This document shows positions 9,858 to 20,496 of a DNA stretch of 64,000 nucleotides, piece after piece. The notes beneath the pieces are model-generated. The model searched no databases. It was not told where the DNA came from and saw only the letters and a program-made list of their open reading frames with translations. The translations under genes were made by a program, and so were the position numbers. Position 1 is the stretch's first letter, and each line of letters opens with the position of its first letter. Location: the NCBI GenBank assembly GCA_049322255.1, contig JBMORE010000135.1:1-64000 (forward strand), read 5' to 3'. The stretch comes from Myxococcota bacterium. Lineage in GTDB: Bacteria; Myxococcota; Myxococcia; Myxococcales; Myxococcaceae.

Positions 9858-10829
9858 TTACGACCGTGCCGGGTGCGCCTCGCCCTTGCGCCCGGTGAGG
9901 AAGTACTCCTCGAAGCGGCGGTCGCCTTCCTCCACCGATGGGGCCTCGGCCCGCGCCGGCTCGAGAAAAGCCACCCCCCGCTGCCGCTCCACCGAGTAGA
10001 CCGCCAAGGGCTTCACCTCGATGTTGTACCCCTCGCGATCCTCGACCAGGCTGACGCAGTACGCCAACTTCTGACTCTCCTTCTGGCGGAAGTAGAGAAA
10101 GTCGGTGCCCACCGCGCAGCCGAAACGCTCGCGGGCCTCTTGGTGCAAGTGACGAATCTTCGCCTCCGCCGCCTCCACCGCGCCGTTGGCCACGTCCGCC
10201 TCGGTATGCAGCTCCTTGGTGCGCAGCTTTCGCTCTTCGGCCAGGGCAAAGAGCTTTTCTGCTTCCTTGCGAACCTTCTGCCCGCGCGAGCGCTGCTCGC
10301 TCACCAGGAGATTCACCTCAGCGCTCTTGGCCCACAAACGTTCGACCTCGTCCCAGAGCCGGTTTTTCTTGGCCGTCTCGCGTTCGTACTCCTCGGTGGC
10401 GATTCGTAAGGCGCGCTCGGCGCTGCGCACGTTCTCCTCGGCCTTCTTCGCCTTGGCCGTCACGGCCGCCCGGTCGTCCTCGAGGTTCTTCTCCGCCGCC
10501 CCCAGCCGGTACCACAGCTCCGACACCTTGAAGCGTTGCTCCTCGAAGTCGGACACCGCCTGGAAGGACTGGTTCTCCAGCACGGTGGCCTCGAAGAGCA
10601 AGGTGGCCGCCGAGTCTTCGCACTCGCCGGCGCGGTGCAGGGTGTCGATGGCGTTCTTTTGGGTGAGCTCGGCGCGGAACTCGGTCAAGATGGTCTGCGA
10701 AAGCAGCTCGTCGTAGCGCTCCTTGGCCACCCGGGCTTCTTCGCGGGCAGCCAAAAGCTTGGCCCACCAGTCTTGGAGCTCGGGCTGGGCGACGAGGGCG
10801 CGGACCTCAGCGAGGCGCTTTTGCTTCAT
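9858..10829 (-). CDS. Coiled-coil hypothetical protein
   Basis: E/A/K/R-rich heptad pattern with small C-terminal beta domain; tightly packed between neighbours. Confidence 0.75.
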   Translation of the reverse strand: MKQKRLAEVRALVAQPELQDWWAKLLAAREEARVAKERYDELLSQTILTEFRAELTQKNAIDTLHRAGECEDSAATLLFEATVLENQSFQAVSDFEEQRFKVSELWYRLGAAEKNLEDDRAAVTAKAKKAEENVRSAERALRIATEEYERETAKKNRLWDEVERLWAKSAEVNLLVSEQRSRGQKVRKEAEKLFALAEERKLRTKELHTEADVANGAVEAAEAKIRHLHQEARERFGCAVGTDFLYFRQKESQKLAYCVSLVEDREGYNIEVKPLAVYSVERQRGVAFLEPARAEAPSVEEGDRRFEEYFLTGRKGEAHPARS

Positions 10830-10876
10830 GTCGGTGGGTGAGTGTAGCAGATGGGTGCTCGGCCACTTCCTCGACT

Positions 10877-12202
10877 TCAGCCAGCCGGAGCGAAGACGAA
10901 CGGGTAGGCGACCGGTACCTCGCTGGGCGGTTTGAAGGGGAAGACCCAGCCTCGAATCACGGTGCGAATGCAGTTGGCCACCGCGTCGTTGCCCAGGGAG
11001 TTCTCTTCGATTTCGATGTCTGCCGAGCGGCCCGCGGGGGTGATGGAGAAACGCACCACCACCTTGCCCTTGAGGCTGGGGTTTCGTTTGAGCTCGCGCT
11101 CATAGCAGTTCTTGATGGCGCTCATGCGCGAGCGCACGTAGCGAGTCATCGCATCGCGGTCGATGTCCGCGCTGTCGACCTCGGGGGCCTGGTCCTGCAC
11201 CCGGCCGGAGACTTTCACGTCACCCTTGGTGCCCAGGTTGACGTTGCCCCCGCCGGAGGTGCCCAAATCGCCGATGCTCGCCGCGGTGCCGGTGCCGCCC
11301 CCCTTGGGTCCGCCGGCGCCGATCGAATCGGAGGTAGCCACCCCCACGCCGCCCGCGCCCGCCAGCGCCGCCGCGATGTCTCCCGCGCCGGTGCCTCCTC
11401 CGAGCACGTCTTCGAAGGCCCCGCCGCCCGCTCCCGCCGAGCCGAGGATTTTCAAGAGGCCCTTGGAGGCGACCGCTTTTTGCATCGCCGCTTTCTTCGC
11501 CGCCGGGTCGCCGCCGCCCGCGGGCGTCTTGGACGCCTTTTTGGGGCTGTCGTCCTTTTTGGCGTCCTCGGTGCTGCCTTGAGCGCTCTCCTCCACTTTG
11601 GGCGGCTCGATCTTCATCGGCATCATCACCTTGGCGAACCGGTCGGGCAGCTCGTCGAGGGCCAGCTCCTGCTCCACGGGCAGCGGCTGGCAGATGATGA
11701 AGGTGACGCCGGAGAAGTGGAGGAAGAGCGAGCTGGCCAGGACCAAGAGAAACATCTGGTCCATCGACTGCCAAAAGCTGCCCTTCACCGCGGCGGGCAG
11801 CTCGGGCTTGGGTGGCTCGGGCGGGGGGGTGACGAACTGGAAGAGGAGGGTGACTTCGCCCAAGGAAACCTTCCCCTTGGCCGCGTCGGTCAAGGGAAGG
11901 ACGTAGACGTCACCCCTTTTCTTGGCCAAGCCTTGCGCGCGCAGGCCGGAGAAGTCGACGTCGGCGCTGCCCACCCGCACCCGCCCCTCCATGTGCTCGG
12001 TGAAGAGCAAGGAGTACTGGCCGGCCTTGAGCTCGAAGACCGGGAAGGAAGGGGGCAAGTTCGAGGCGGGGACCACGAAGGTATTCTTCGCGTCGTGGCC
12101 GACGGTCACGTTCTCGCGCTTCTTGAGGTGGCGTTCCTCGATGATCTTGCCGCCCTGAATGACGCCGACGCGCAGAATCTTTTGGGTGGGGGCTGGGGCC
12201 AT
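10877..12202 (-). CDS. GltG/PglI-like protein (FHA-like N-terminus, TM, Gly-rich linker, AgmX/PglI TonB-C-like domain)
   Basis: TM ending SLFLHF; C-terminal IKNCYERELKRNPSLKGKVVVRFSI...CI...WVFP...YPFVF. Confidence 0.8.
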   Translation of the reverse strand: MAPAPTQKILRVGVIQGGKIIEERHLKKRENVTVGHDAKNTFVVPASNLPPSFPVFELKAGQYSLLFTEHMEGRVRVGSADVDFSGLRAQGLAKKRGDVYVLPLTDAAKGKVSLGEVTLLFQFVTPPPEPPKPELPAAVKGSFWQSMDQMFLLVLASSLFLHFSGVTFIICQPLPVEQELALDELPDRFAKVMMPMKIEPPKVEESAQGSTEDAKKDDSPKKASKTPAGGGDPAAKKAAMQKAVASKGLLKILGSAGAGGGAFEDVLGGGTGAGDIAAALAGAGGVGVATSDSIGAGGPKGGGTGTAASIGDLGTSGGGNVNLGTKGDVKVSGRVQDQAPEVDSADIDRDAMTRYVRSRMSAIKNCYERELKRNPSLKGKVVVRFSITPAGRSADIEIEENSLGNDAVANCIRTVIRGWVFPFKPPSEVPVAYPFVFAPAG

Positions 12203-12247
12203 GGCAGTGGGTCGAAGCTTTGGACCACCGAAGGGTCCGGCGGGTTC

Positions 12248-12481
12248 CTAGAAGGGGTCTTTCTCGACGCTTTTCTCGACCTTGGGGACGAAGCTCTCGG
12301 TGCGGTTGAGATCCTCGAAGTTCAGGTTCGAGCGCTGGAGGATGTAGAAGGCCTGCGGTTTTTGGATACGGCCCTCGACGGTGATGGCGTCGAGGCGAAT
12401 GACCTTCTTCTTCTTGGGTGTGCTCTGGGCCGCGGCGGCGAGCGGAAAGAGCAGCAGGGCGAGGGCGAAAAAGGGTCGCAT
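12248..12481 (-). CDS. GltF/CglF-like small secreted protein
   Basis: Signal peptide then VIRLDAITVEGRIQKP...SFVPKVEKSVEKDPF; ATG at 12481. Confidence 0.75.
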   Translation of the reverse strand: MRPFFALALLLFPLAAAAQSTPKKKKVIRLDAITVEGRIQKPQAFYILQRSNLNFEDLNRTESFVPKVEKSVEKDPF

Positions 12482-12491
12482 CGTCGAAAAC

Positions 12492-13994
12492 CTACTTGTC
12501 GTCCTGCCCCAGCTTACCTGAGGCGGGGGCGGGAGGTAGCTCCTCATCATTGCCCAGCTTGCTGGCCGGGGTCGTCTTTTTCTTCTTCGCCGCCTCGGCG
12601 GCCCGCTTGGCCTCTTCAGCAGCCTTCTTCTCCGCCTCTGCTTTTTGACGCAGCGCCTCCTCTTCGGCCTTCTTTTTCTCGGCCGCCTCGCGCTCGACGC
12701 GCTTGAGGGCGTCGCGCTTTTCGCGCTCCCGGCGGCGCTCCTCCTTGTCGATTCCCCGTTGCGCGTCCTTGACGTACTGCTCCACACGCTCGTCGCGCCC
12801 GCCCTTCTTTTGGTACTGCTCGAAGTATTGAATGGAAGTCTTGTAGCGCTCGAGGGTGTCGAGGTTGGGAATCTCGGAGTCGAGGTGGAGGATGGCGAGG
12901 TTGAAGTAGGTGTCGGGGAGGTTGGGCGAAAGCCGCTCCACCCTGCTGTATTGGGCGAGGGCCTTGGCGAAGTCCTGCTTGCCCCGGTAGGCGTTGCCCA
13001 AATTCATCCGGGCGGAGACGAAGTCAGGAGCGGCGGTGACCGCGGCCTCCAGCTCGCGCACGGCGCTCTCATAGTCCTGCGCTTCGTTGAGGAGGGCGCC
13101 GAAGTTGTTACGCGCCTCGGCGAAGTCGGGCTTGAGCGAGGCGGCGAGGCGAAAGCTCTCCAGCGCCGCGGGGCGCGCCTTGAGCGAAAGCTGCACCAAC
13201 CCGAGCGCGTTGTGGGTGGCGGCATCGTTGGGGTCGATGGCCTTGGCGTTCTCCAACACCATCTTGGCCAGCTCGTTCTTGCCCTCGCGCACGTAGACCT
13301 GGGCCAAAAGCTGCATCGCCCGCACGTTGCGCTCGTCGGCCTTGAGCACCTTCTTCGCCTCCGCCGCGGCGGCGCTCGTCTTGCTCTGGTGGAGCAGCAC
13401 GAAGACCAGCGCGGTGCGAAGCCCCAGCGCGGCGGGCAGCTCTTGAATCTTCGCTCGCAGCTCCTCCTCCGCCCGCGTGGCGCGGCCGCTGCGGCAGTAC
13501 AGGCGGACCAAGTAGTCCCACGCCATGTCCTGGTCGGGCCGAAGTGTGAGGGCGCGTTGGTAAGCCCGCTCCGCCTTGTCGGGGAGCGCCTGACGCTCGT
13601 AGAGCACCCCCAGGTTGGTCCACGCGTAGTCCAGCTTGTCGTCGCGGTCGACCACGTACTCCAGCTCGCGCTGCGCGGCGGCCACGTCGCCCCGGTTGGA
13701 GGCCTCGATGGCGCGCTGGAAGGCGGCGAGGGCGCCCGGGTCGTTGGTCGCCTTCTTCTGAGGAGGCGGGGGCGGCGAGGGCTTTTGCGTGCTCGCTGGG
13801 GCCTCGTCCCCCAGCTTGCTCGCCGACGGAGATGTCGACGCGGCGGTGGGGGGCTCGACCGGCCGGGGCTGATAGGGAACCTCGGGAGTGTCGCTGGCGG
13901 AGGCGTCTTCCAGCGGCTTTTTTTCCGGCGTGGTGGCGCAGGCCCAAAGGAGAAGGCCACTGGCGAAGACCAGCGCGCGCACAAGAGAGGTCAT
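12492..13994 (-). CDS. GltE/AglT-like TPR lipoprotein
   Basis: ATG at 13994 overlapping the upstream stop; lipobox LWAC; multiple TPRs, charged tail. Confidence 0.8.
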   Translation of the reverse strand: MTSLVRALVFASGLLLWACATTPEKKPLEDASASDTPEVPYQPRPVEPPTAASTSPSASKLGDEAPASTQKPSPPPPPQKKATNDPGALAAFQRAIEASNRGDVAAAQRELEYVVDRDDKLDYAWTNLGVLYERQALPDKAERAYQRALTLRPDQDMAWDYLVRLYCRSGRATRAEEELRAKIQELPAALGLRTALVFVLLHQSKTSAAAAEAKKVLKADERNVRAMQLLAQVYVREGKNELAKMVLENAKAIDPNDAATHNALGLVQLSLKARPAALESFRLAASLKPDFAEARNNFGALLNEAQDYESAVRELEAAVTAAPDFVSARMNLGNAYRGKQDFAKALAQYSRVERLSPNLPDTYFNLAILHLDSEIPNLDTLERYKTSIQYFEQYQKKGGRDERVEQYVKDAQRGIDKEERRREREKRDALKRVEREAAEKKKAEEEALRQKAEAEKKAAEEAKRAAEAAKKKKTTPASKLGNDEELPPAPASGKLGQDDK

Positions 13995-16900
13995 TTGTCG
14001 TCCCCTTGCAGCTTCTGAGGAACGACCTGCTCGCGCACCACCCCCTCCAGGGTGGGCACCAGCCCGTCGGGGTAGACCGGTTCTTTGGCCAAGGCGTGCT
14101 TGGGCTCTTTGAGCACCGGGTACTCGTTGGGGCGGAAGCGGTTGAGCGCCTCCAGCGTCTTCTTGGTCCACTCGTTGGAGATGCGGTTCTTGCGCGCCTC
14201 GGCCAGGGTGGCGGCGTAGGCTTCCACCGCCTTGTCCTCCAGCACCACCGTCTGCTGGGCGAGCGCGTCTTGGTAGAGCACCACCGCCTCCTCGCCCAGA
14301 CGCTTGACCTCCGGGGGAACCGGCGTCTCCAGAATGGTTTGCCCGAAGCGCTCCAACGCAAAGCCGCGGCGGTAGAGCGAAGCCAGGGTCATTTCCAGGT
14401 TCTTGTATTTGAAGCAGGCGCCGTAGGCGTCGTTCACCTTCTTCACGGCGTTGCGCTTGGCGGTGAAGGACTTCTCCAGCGCCTTCTTCGAGCCGCCGAT
14501 CTTCAAGCGGTCGAAGGCGGCGAACTCGTACTCGGCGAGCTTGAAGCACGACTGGGCGGAGGCGGCGGCCCCCAGTACCGCGCCTTCCGGCTTGAGATTG
14601 CGGCGGTCGAAGTCGCTCATCGCCGCCTGGTACGCCTTCTTCGCGTCGGCGTCCTTGTTCAGCTTCTGGTAGGCGTCGCCGATGCGGCGTTTGGCGTCGA
14701 CGATCAGCTCGGCCTGCGCGCTCTTGCCGGAGAATTTGGTCACGAACTCGCTCAAGGCGCGAATCTCCTTCGCCCAGTCTTCTTGCTTCTCGTAGATGAG
14801 CGCGGCGCGGAACTGGTTCTTGGGCGCGTCCTCGGAAGCGGGGAAGAGGTCGGCGTAGCGCAAGAAGGCGGCGGCGGCCTCGTCGTAGCGCTGCAAGCCC
14901 TCGAGCAGGTTGGCGACGTTGAAGAGCGCCGCCTCGCGGTCCTTGGAGGCCGGGTAGTCCTTCACCAGGCGCTGGTAATTCTCCACCGCCTTGTCGAAGT
15001 CGTAGCTGTTGTAGGCGTTGCGCGCCACGCGAAACAGAGCGGCGTCGGCCAGCTTCGAGCTGGGGTACTCGCGGAAGATGCGCTCGTAGAGCTTGAGCGC
15101 CGAGTCGAAGCGGCGGTTGCTCTCGTAGGCCACCGCGGCGTTGTTGAGCGCTTTGTCGGCGAACTCGTGCTTGGGCTCCTCGTCGACCAGCTCGATGTAC
15201 TTGGCCGCGGCGGCGTCGTAGTCGCCTTTGGCCATCAGCTCCTCGGCGAGCTTGAAGCGCCCGGCGAGCTTGAACTTGACCAGCTCCTTGTAGAGGTCGC
15301 TCTTGGGGTCGATGACCTCCTTCTTCGCCGCCAGGCGCGCCGAGACCTTCTCCACCTCCGCCCAGTTCTTCTGCGTCACCAGGCTCTCCACGGTGAGGTT
15401 CATCGCGAACTGCGCCACCTCGTTCTGCGGGTAGGCGGCGATGATCTCCTCGAAGCGGCGGCGGGCCTCGGGGAAGTCGTTGTGCGCGTAGAACAGCTCG
15501 GCGGCCTTGTAGGCGATGCCGGGGGCCTTCTCGTGCGCAGGCAACCTCTTCACGAAGGCGTCGGAGGCGGTCACCAGCGCGGCTTCGGTCTCGGCGAGGG
15601 GAATGGGCTGAATGACCTCGTTCTCCGGCCGGTCCTTGGAGAGCACCGGCTTGTACTCGGGCACGGCCTTTTGGCGCACCTCCAGCTCGAGTTGCTTTTG
15701 CCACGCGAGCACCGCGGAGAAGGCGGCGTCGGCCTGGAACTTGTTGTCCTGCGTGGAGTCGCGCACCTGCGCATACTGCTTCCCCGCCTCCTTGAACTGG
15801 AAGGAGTTGTAGAGACACTCCGCATAGTAAAACTGCATCTCGTAGGCGTTCTTCGAGCGGGGGAAGCGTGACAGGTAAGAGCCGTAAGCCTTGGCGGCGA
15901 CCTCGAAGGCGCTCTTGGCCTGCTCGAACTTCTGCTCCTGCTTGAACACCAGCGCCTGCTGGTGGTGGTAGATGGCGCTGGAGTACAGGCTCTTCTCCGC
16001 CAGCTCCTGCGCGGTGGCGATGAGGTCGGGGTCGCGCTTGTGCTTCTCGTGCCAGGGAGTGCCCGGGCTGAACATGTTGGCCAGCTTGGAGGACTCGGCG
16101 AAGGCCTCTTCCAGTCGGCGGTCGCGCTCGTAGGCCTGCACGATGCGCTGCTGAATCTGGGGCGCGTCCTTGTTGAGCGGGTCTTTCTGCAACACCAGCT
16201 GGTAGGCGGCGATCGCCTCGAGGTGCTTGGTCTGGTCGAAGTACACGTCGCCCATGCGGCGGTAAATCTCCGCCTCGTAGCGCCGCCCCCCGAGCGCGGC
16301 GAACTTCTGCTGCGCTTTGTCCAGCGAGCCCCACTTCTCGTCGGCGAAGGAGATGGCGGTGTACTGCAAGGCCTCGTTGCGCAAATCGCCTCCCACCTCC
16401 TCCTCGCCCTTGGCCTTCGCCTGCGCCTCGTAGTGGTCGGCGAGCTTGAGGAACCTATCCACCGCGTCCTCGAAGCGGTCCATGCGGTAGTAGGTCCAGC
16501 CCAATTTGTAGAGCGCCTTGTCGTAGAGCGCGTGGCTGGCGTCGGTCACCGCCTGCTCGTAGGCCTCGGCGGCGCGGGCGAGCGCGTTCTCTTCGTTGTA
16601 CGCGTCGAAGTAGTACTCGCCGATGCGCACCCAGGCCTCGGTGGTGAACTTCGACTTGGGGTACTTGGCGATGAGCTCTTGGTAGGCGGCGCGGCTCTCC
16701 TCGAACTGGTTCTGCTTCTCCAGGCAGTAGCCGAGCAAGTAGTAGGCGCCGTCGTTGAGCCGGTAGGCGGGGAAGCGGTTGATGAGCTGACGGTAGAGGG
16801 CGATCGACCGGGAGAAGTCGACCACCGGCTCGGGGGGCGGAGTGACGTTCGACTCGGGGTCGATCTTCTTCAGCTGCTCCTCGTACTCGCGCATGGCCAC

Positions 16901-17386
16901 GATGTGGTCGTCGCTGGAGCGCTCGTAATAGAGCTCGGCCAGGCGGAACATCACGTCGGGGGTGTACTTGGGGTCGTCAGGGTAGCGCTGGAGGAACTCC
17001 TCGAACTGGGCGATGGCGTCGAGGCGCTCCTTGCGCTCGATCACCTCCAGGTCGCGAATCGCCTTCTCGTAGCTGTTGGCCAGGGTGTTGCGCTTCTCCT
17101 CGTACTTCTTCTCGATGAGCAGCTGCACCTCGCGGCGAAACTCCTTCGACTCCTCCTCGTAGGTCTGGAGGGCGCGCGAGAGCTCCTCCAGCACCCGCTC
17201 CTCCTCGGGGGTGCGGCCCATGCCCTCGAAGTAGCGGGTCTGAGGCTTCTCGGTGGGGGCGACGTCCTTCTTCTCTTCGCTGGCGGGCGCTTCGCCGCCG
17301 TCGGCGACCCCGCCGTCCTGCGCGAAGGCTGGGAAGGCGGCGAGCCCCCACGCGGAAAGAAGCGTCTGGAAGAGGGCCGTGCGCAT
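13991..17386 (-). CDS. GltD/AgmU-like large periplasmic TPR protein
   Basis: Signal peptide, PDVMFRLAELYYE, many TPR-like repeats, C-terminal NEWTKKTLEALNRFRPNEYP. Confidence 0.82.
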   Translation of the reverse strand: MRTALFQTLLSAWGLAAFPAFAQDGGVADGGEAPASEEKKDVAPTEKPQTRYFEGMGRTPEEERVLEELSRALQTYEEESKEFRREVQLLIEKKYEEKRNTLANSYEKAIRDLEVIERKERLDAIAQFEEFLQRYPDDPKYTPDVMFRLAELYYERSSDDHIVAMREYEEQLKKIDPESNVTPPPEPVVDFSRSIALYRQLINRFPAYRLNDGAYYLLGYCLEKQNQFEESRAAYQELIAKYPKSKFTTEAWVRIGEYYFDAYNEENALARAAEAYEQAVTDASHALYDKALYKLGWTYYRMDRFEDAVDRFLKLADHYEAQAKAKGEEEVGGDLRNEALQYTAISFADEKWGSLDKAQQKFAALGGRRYEAEIYRRMGDVYFDQTKHLEAIAAYQLVLQKDPLNKDAPQIQQRIVQAYERDRRLEEAFAESSKLANMFSPGTPWHEKHKRDPDLIATAQELAEKSLYSSAIYHHQQALVFKQEQKFEQAKSAFEVAAKAYGSYLSRFPRSKNAYEMQFYYAECLYNSFQFKEAGKQYAQVRDSTQDNKFQADAAFSAVLAWQKQLELEVRQKAVPEYKPVLSKDRPENEVIQPIPLAETEAALVTASDAFVKRLPAHEKAPGIAYKAAELFYAHNDFPEARRRFEEIIAAYPQNEVAQFAMNLTVESLVTQKNWAEVEKVSARLAAKKEVIDPKSDLYKELVKFKLAGRFKLAEELMAKGDYDAAAAKYIELVDEEPKHEFADKALNNAAVAYESNRRFDSALKLYERIFREYPSSKLADAALFRVARNAYNSYDFDKAVENYQRLVKDYPASKDREAALFNVANLLEGLQRYDEAAAAFLRYADLFPASEDAPKNQFRAALIYEKQEDWAKEIRALSEFVTKFSGKSAQAELIVDAKRRIGDAYQKLNKDADAKKAYQAAMSDFDRRNLKPEGAVLGAAASAQSCFKLAEYEFAAFDRLKIGGSKKALEKSFTAKRNAVKKVNDAYGACFKYKNLEMTLASLYRRGFALERFGQTILETPVPPEVKRLGEEAVVLYQDALAQQTVVLEDKAVEAYAATLAEARKNRISNEWTKKTLEALNRFRPNEYPVLKEPKHALAKEPVYPDGLVPTLEGVVREQVVPQKLQGDDK

Positions 17387-19726
17387 TTAGTCGACGTCCT
17401 GCAGCACCTCGCGAAACTCCTCGTCCAGCGAGCGCAGCTCGCGGTCTTTCTGCGAGGAGAGCTTCTGAATCTGCGCCGTCTTGTCCTGCTTGCGGGTGAA
17501 GGCGACGTCCACCACTCCCACGTCGGCCTTGAGCACCAGCTCGTAGAACTGCCTGCGCACGCGGCCGAAGCTATCGACCACGATGCGGCCCACCAGGTCG
17601 CGCGCGTGCCCGGAAACTTGGCCCACCTCGGTGTCGTAGCTGCCCAGCAGCGTTTGCTCGGCGCGCACGGTGTCGCGAATGACCTTGCCCCGGCGTGCCA
17701 CCTGGTCGCGCAAAGTCTTCTTCGCCGTCTCCACCCGCGCGCGCAAGCCTTCCGCCTGGCGCCGCACCTGTGCCGCCCGGTCGTAGACCGCGCGGGCGTC
17801 CGGCCCCAAGCGCCCTTCCGCCGCGGCGATGATCTGCTGCAGCTCCTTGAGCGCGTCGGCGTACTGGCGGCGGATGATTTCCTCTCCTCCCAGCACGGCG
17901 TCGGCCGAGGCCTTCTCTTCGGAGAGCTTCTGGCGTAGCTCGTCGAGCTCGCGCTGCAGCACGTTCAAGGCCGCGGTCTCGTGGTGCAGCCGCTCGAGGA
18001 AGACCTTCTCGTCCTCCGGGGTGTTCTTGCGCTGGGTGCGCGTGTCCTCCACCCACTTCTCCACCGCGGTGAGCACGGCGAACATGCTCTGAATCTCGTA
18101 GCCCAGCTTGAAGGCGCTCTTGTCCACCTCGTCGACCCGCTCCTGCATGCGCTGCTTGCGCGACTCCACCTCGCGCTCGTTGGTGGGCAGGGCGTGGAAG
18201 CGTTCCTGGAGGCTGGCCTGCTCGCCCTTGAGCCGATCGAGCCGGGCGCGCTCCTCGGGGGAGAGCTTGTCGGCCACCAGGGCCCCCTCGATGCGCACCA
18301 GCCCCTCGTCGATCTGGGTGAGCGCCGAGTCCACCGCGTCGGCGCGGGTGTAACCCTCTTGCAGCGCGGGGAAGGTTTCGAGCCCGCGCTCGTCGAGCGC
18401 CTTCAAGATGCGGTTGGCGATCTCCCCCGACTCCTGCACCCCGCGGCGGCCCGCCTCCAGGTCGCTCACCATCTGCACCGCGTCGGCGACCTCCTTTTGG
18501 GTGGTGGCCCACTTGAGCGCCACCGGGGGCAAGAGCGAGGCGACGTCGAGGTTCTTCTCGTTCTTCGCCAAAAGGTCGTCGAAGTAGCGCACCGGGTCTT
18601 TGTGAATCTTGAGCAGCGCCTCGATCTCGTCACGCACCGGCGCATAGGTGTTGATCACCTGGTTGTAGGTGTCGGTGGCGTCGCCATAGCGCTTGAGCTT
18701 GAGGAGCAGGTGCCCCTGGAGAATCTGCGCCTCGGGGGCGATGGTCGACTCCGGCGCCACCAAGAGGAGGATGTCGGTGGCGTTCTTCGCCCGCTCGTAC
18801 TCGTTCTTCTTCACCTGCGCCCAGGCGATCTCGTAGAGCGAGTCGACGAAGTACTCGCTCTCGCGGGGAATTTCCTGGTAGCGGTCGAGCGCGGCGTCGA
18901 ACTGCCCGGTCTCGTAGAGCAGCCTCCCCAAGGAGAGATTGGCCAGCTCCTTCACCTTCACCTCTCGCTCACCGTTGGCGCTGGCGATGGTGATTTTCCG
19001 AAACTGCTCGATCGCCAGGTCGAGCTGGCCCAGCTTCACGTAGCCCACACCGATGAAGTACGCCGACTGCAGCCGCGTCGAGCCGTAGGCAGCGCTGGCC
19101 AGCGGAGTGAAGATTTCCATCGCGCGCTTCATCCGCTGTTGCAGCGGCAGGTCGGCGCGCTTGAACATCCACTTGCCGTAGACGTACGCCAGCTCCGGCG
19201 GCAGCTCGCCCGAAAGGCCCTTGGCCTGCTGAATGTATTCGTCGATGCCGGCAAACTCGTTGAGCCGCCCGGCGATCTCCAGATAACGCCCCAGCGCTTC
19301 CTTGTAGTGGCCGGCCTGGAGGCCCAAAAGCTCGCGCAGGTACAGCTTGGCCCCCACGTAGTTCTTCTGCTGGTAGAGGGAGTCGGACAGGTAGAAGAGG
19401 GCGTCGGGGTACTTGGGGTGATGGCGGAAGCGGTTGTCCGCCACCAGGTCGTAGAAGAGCACCGAGGCGTTGGGGTAATCGCCCAAGAGGTACTGAATCT
19501 CTCCGTCGGAGAAGCGGCGCAGCCGCGCCTCGTCGTCGGTGGGCTCGGGGCGCTCGGTGTACTGGGTCTCCACGAAGCGCAGGTTCTCTTCGGTGGTCTT
19601 GAGCTGGGAGGCGATCTGATCGAGCTGCGATGCCAGCTCGGGGGCCGCGGTGCCGCCCTGCGCGATGCCGACCGCGGGCACGACGACGGCGGCGAAGCAC
19701 ACCACCTTGTGGAACACGCGGCTCAC
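17387..19726 (-). CDS. Periplasmic TPR/coiled-coil protein of the Glt-like cluster
   Basis: Signal peptide, TPRs (ALFYLSDSLY, SLYEIAW), long coiled coil, KADVGVVDVAF. Confidence 0.8.
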   Translation of the reverse strand: MSRVFHKVVCFAAVVVPAVGIAQGGTAAPELASQLDQIASQLKTTEENLRFVETQYTERPEPTDDEARLRRFSDGEIQYLLGDYPNASVLFYDLVADNRFRHHPKYPDALFYLSDSLYQQKNYVGAKLYLRELLGLQAGHYKEALGRYLEIAGRLNEFAGIDEYIQQAKGLSGELPPELAYVYGKWMFKRADLPLQQRMKRAMEIFTPLASAAYGSTRLQSAYFIGVGYVKLGQLDLAIEQFRKITIASANGEREVKVKELANLSLGRLLYETGQFDAALDRYQEIPRESEYFVDSLYEIAWAQVKKNEYERAKNATDILLLVAPESTIAPEAQILQGHLLLKLKRYGDATDTYNQVINTYAPVRDEIEALLKIHKDPVRYFDDLLAKNEKNLDVASLLPPVALKWATTQKEVADAVQMVSDLEAGRRGVQESGEIANRILKALDERGLETFPALQEGYTRADAVDSALTQIDEGLVRIEGALVADKLSPEERARLDRLKGEQASLQERFHALPTNEREVESRKQRMQERVDEVDKSAFKLGYEIQSMFAVLTAVEKWVEDTRTQRKNTPEDEKVFLERLHHETAALNVLQRELDELRQKLSEEKASADAVLGGEEIIRRQYADALKELQQIIAAAEGRLGPDARAVYDRAAQVRRQAEGLRARVETAKKTLRDQVARRGKVIRDTVRAEQTLLGSYDTEVGQVSGHARDLVGRIVVDSFGRVRRQFYELVLKADVGVVDVAFTRKQDKTAQIQKLSSQKDRELRSLDEEFREVLQDVD

Positions 19727-20463
19727 TGGCCCTCGGGCGTCACCGGCGCCGGTGCGGCTTCCTTCTTCTTCATCCCCGCGTCCTTGGCGACCTCGGTGCG
19801 GTAGTCGACCGCGGGGCGGTCTTTCAAGTCGGTGGTGAGCCCGCCCTTTTCGTAGCCGACGATCTTCACCGTGGTCACCTTGCCGGCCTCGGCGTTGAAG
19901 GTGTAGCTCGACTGCACCTTGAACTTGTAACCCTCGAGGTAGCTGAATACCCCGAAGCCGTGCCCGCGGTAGACGAAGCGCACCGCAATCTGGTGCTGCC
20001 CGGGGACGATGCGCCCGTTGAAGATCTCCAGCTCCTCGCGCTTGTCCAAATCGCCGTTCGGGTCGACCTTGGTGAAGATGGGAGCGCCGTCGAGCGCGTA
20101 GGCGACCGACTCGAGGACGAAGGATGACCCCATCTCGTTCTTGTGGATGAGCACCGCGCGGGCGCCGGTGGAGAGGTCGCCGCCCAGCACCGTCTCTTGC
20201 AGCAGGAGCAAGCGCGCCTTGGTGCGAAAAATCTTCTCCTTCAAGTCGACCACCTGCTCCTCGAGGGTCTTCACCCGGGTGTTGAAGGCCTCGTCGGCGG
20301 TGAGCGGCGGCGGTGCGGCCTCCCCCGGTGTGGCAGGAGCGGTGGGCGCAGGCCCAGGAGCGGGAGCTTCGGCGGCGCCAGAGGGCGAGCCCTGCGCCAG
20401 GCCGGCGATCGACGAAAACAGCGCCGCGGCAATGAGAGGAGCGTAACGCACGTGGTACCTCAA
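19723..20463 (-). CDS. Secreted hypothetical protein (coiled coil plus beta-sandwich)
   Basis: Signal peptide, LEEQVVDLKEKIFRTKARL, YRGHGFGVFSYLEGYKF; start uncertain. Confidence 0.75.
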   Translation of the reverse strand: MRYHVRYAPLIAAALFSSIAGLAQGSPSGAAEAPAPGPAPTAPATPGEAAPPPLTADEAFNTRVKTLEEQVVDLKEKIFRTKARLLLLQETVLGGDLSTGARAVLIHKNEMGSSFVLESVAYALDGAPIFTKVDPNGDLDKREELEIFNGRIVPGQHQIAVRFVYRGHGFGVFSYLEGYKFKVQSSYTFNAEAGKVTTVKIVGYEKGGLTTDLKDRPAVDYRTEVAKDAGMKKKEAAPAPVTPEGQ

Positions 20464-20496
20464 ACCCGGCCTCGTGAAACGGTTTCGGTCGGCCCG

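Noticed and set aside
12492..16334. 1280-aa minus-strand ORF in the track
   Set aside because: Only the part from ATG 13994 (lipobox, TPRs) is protein-like; the rest is an off-frame shadow of the GltD-like gene
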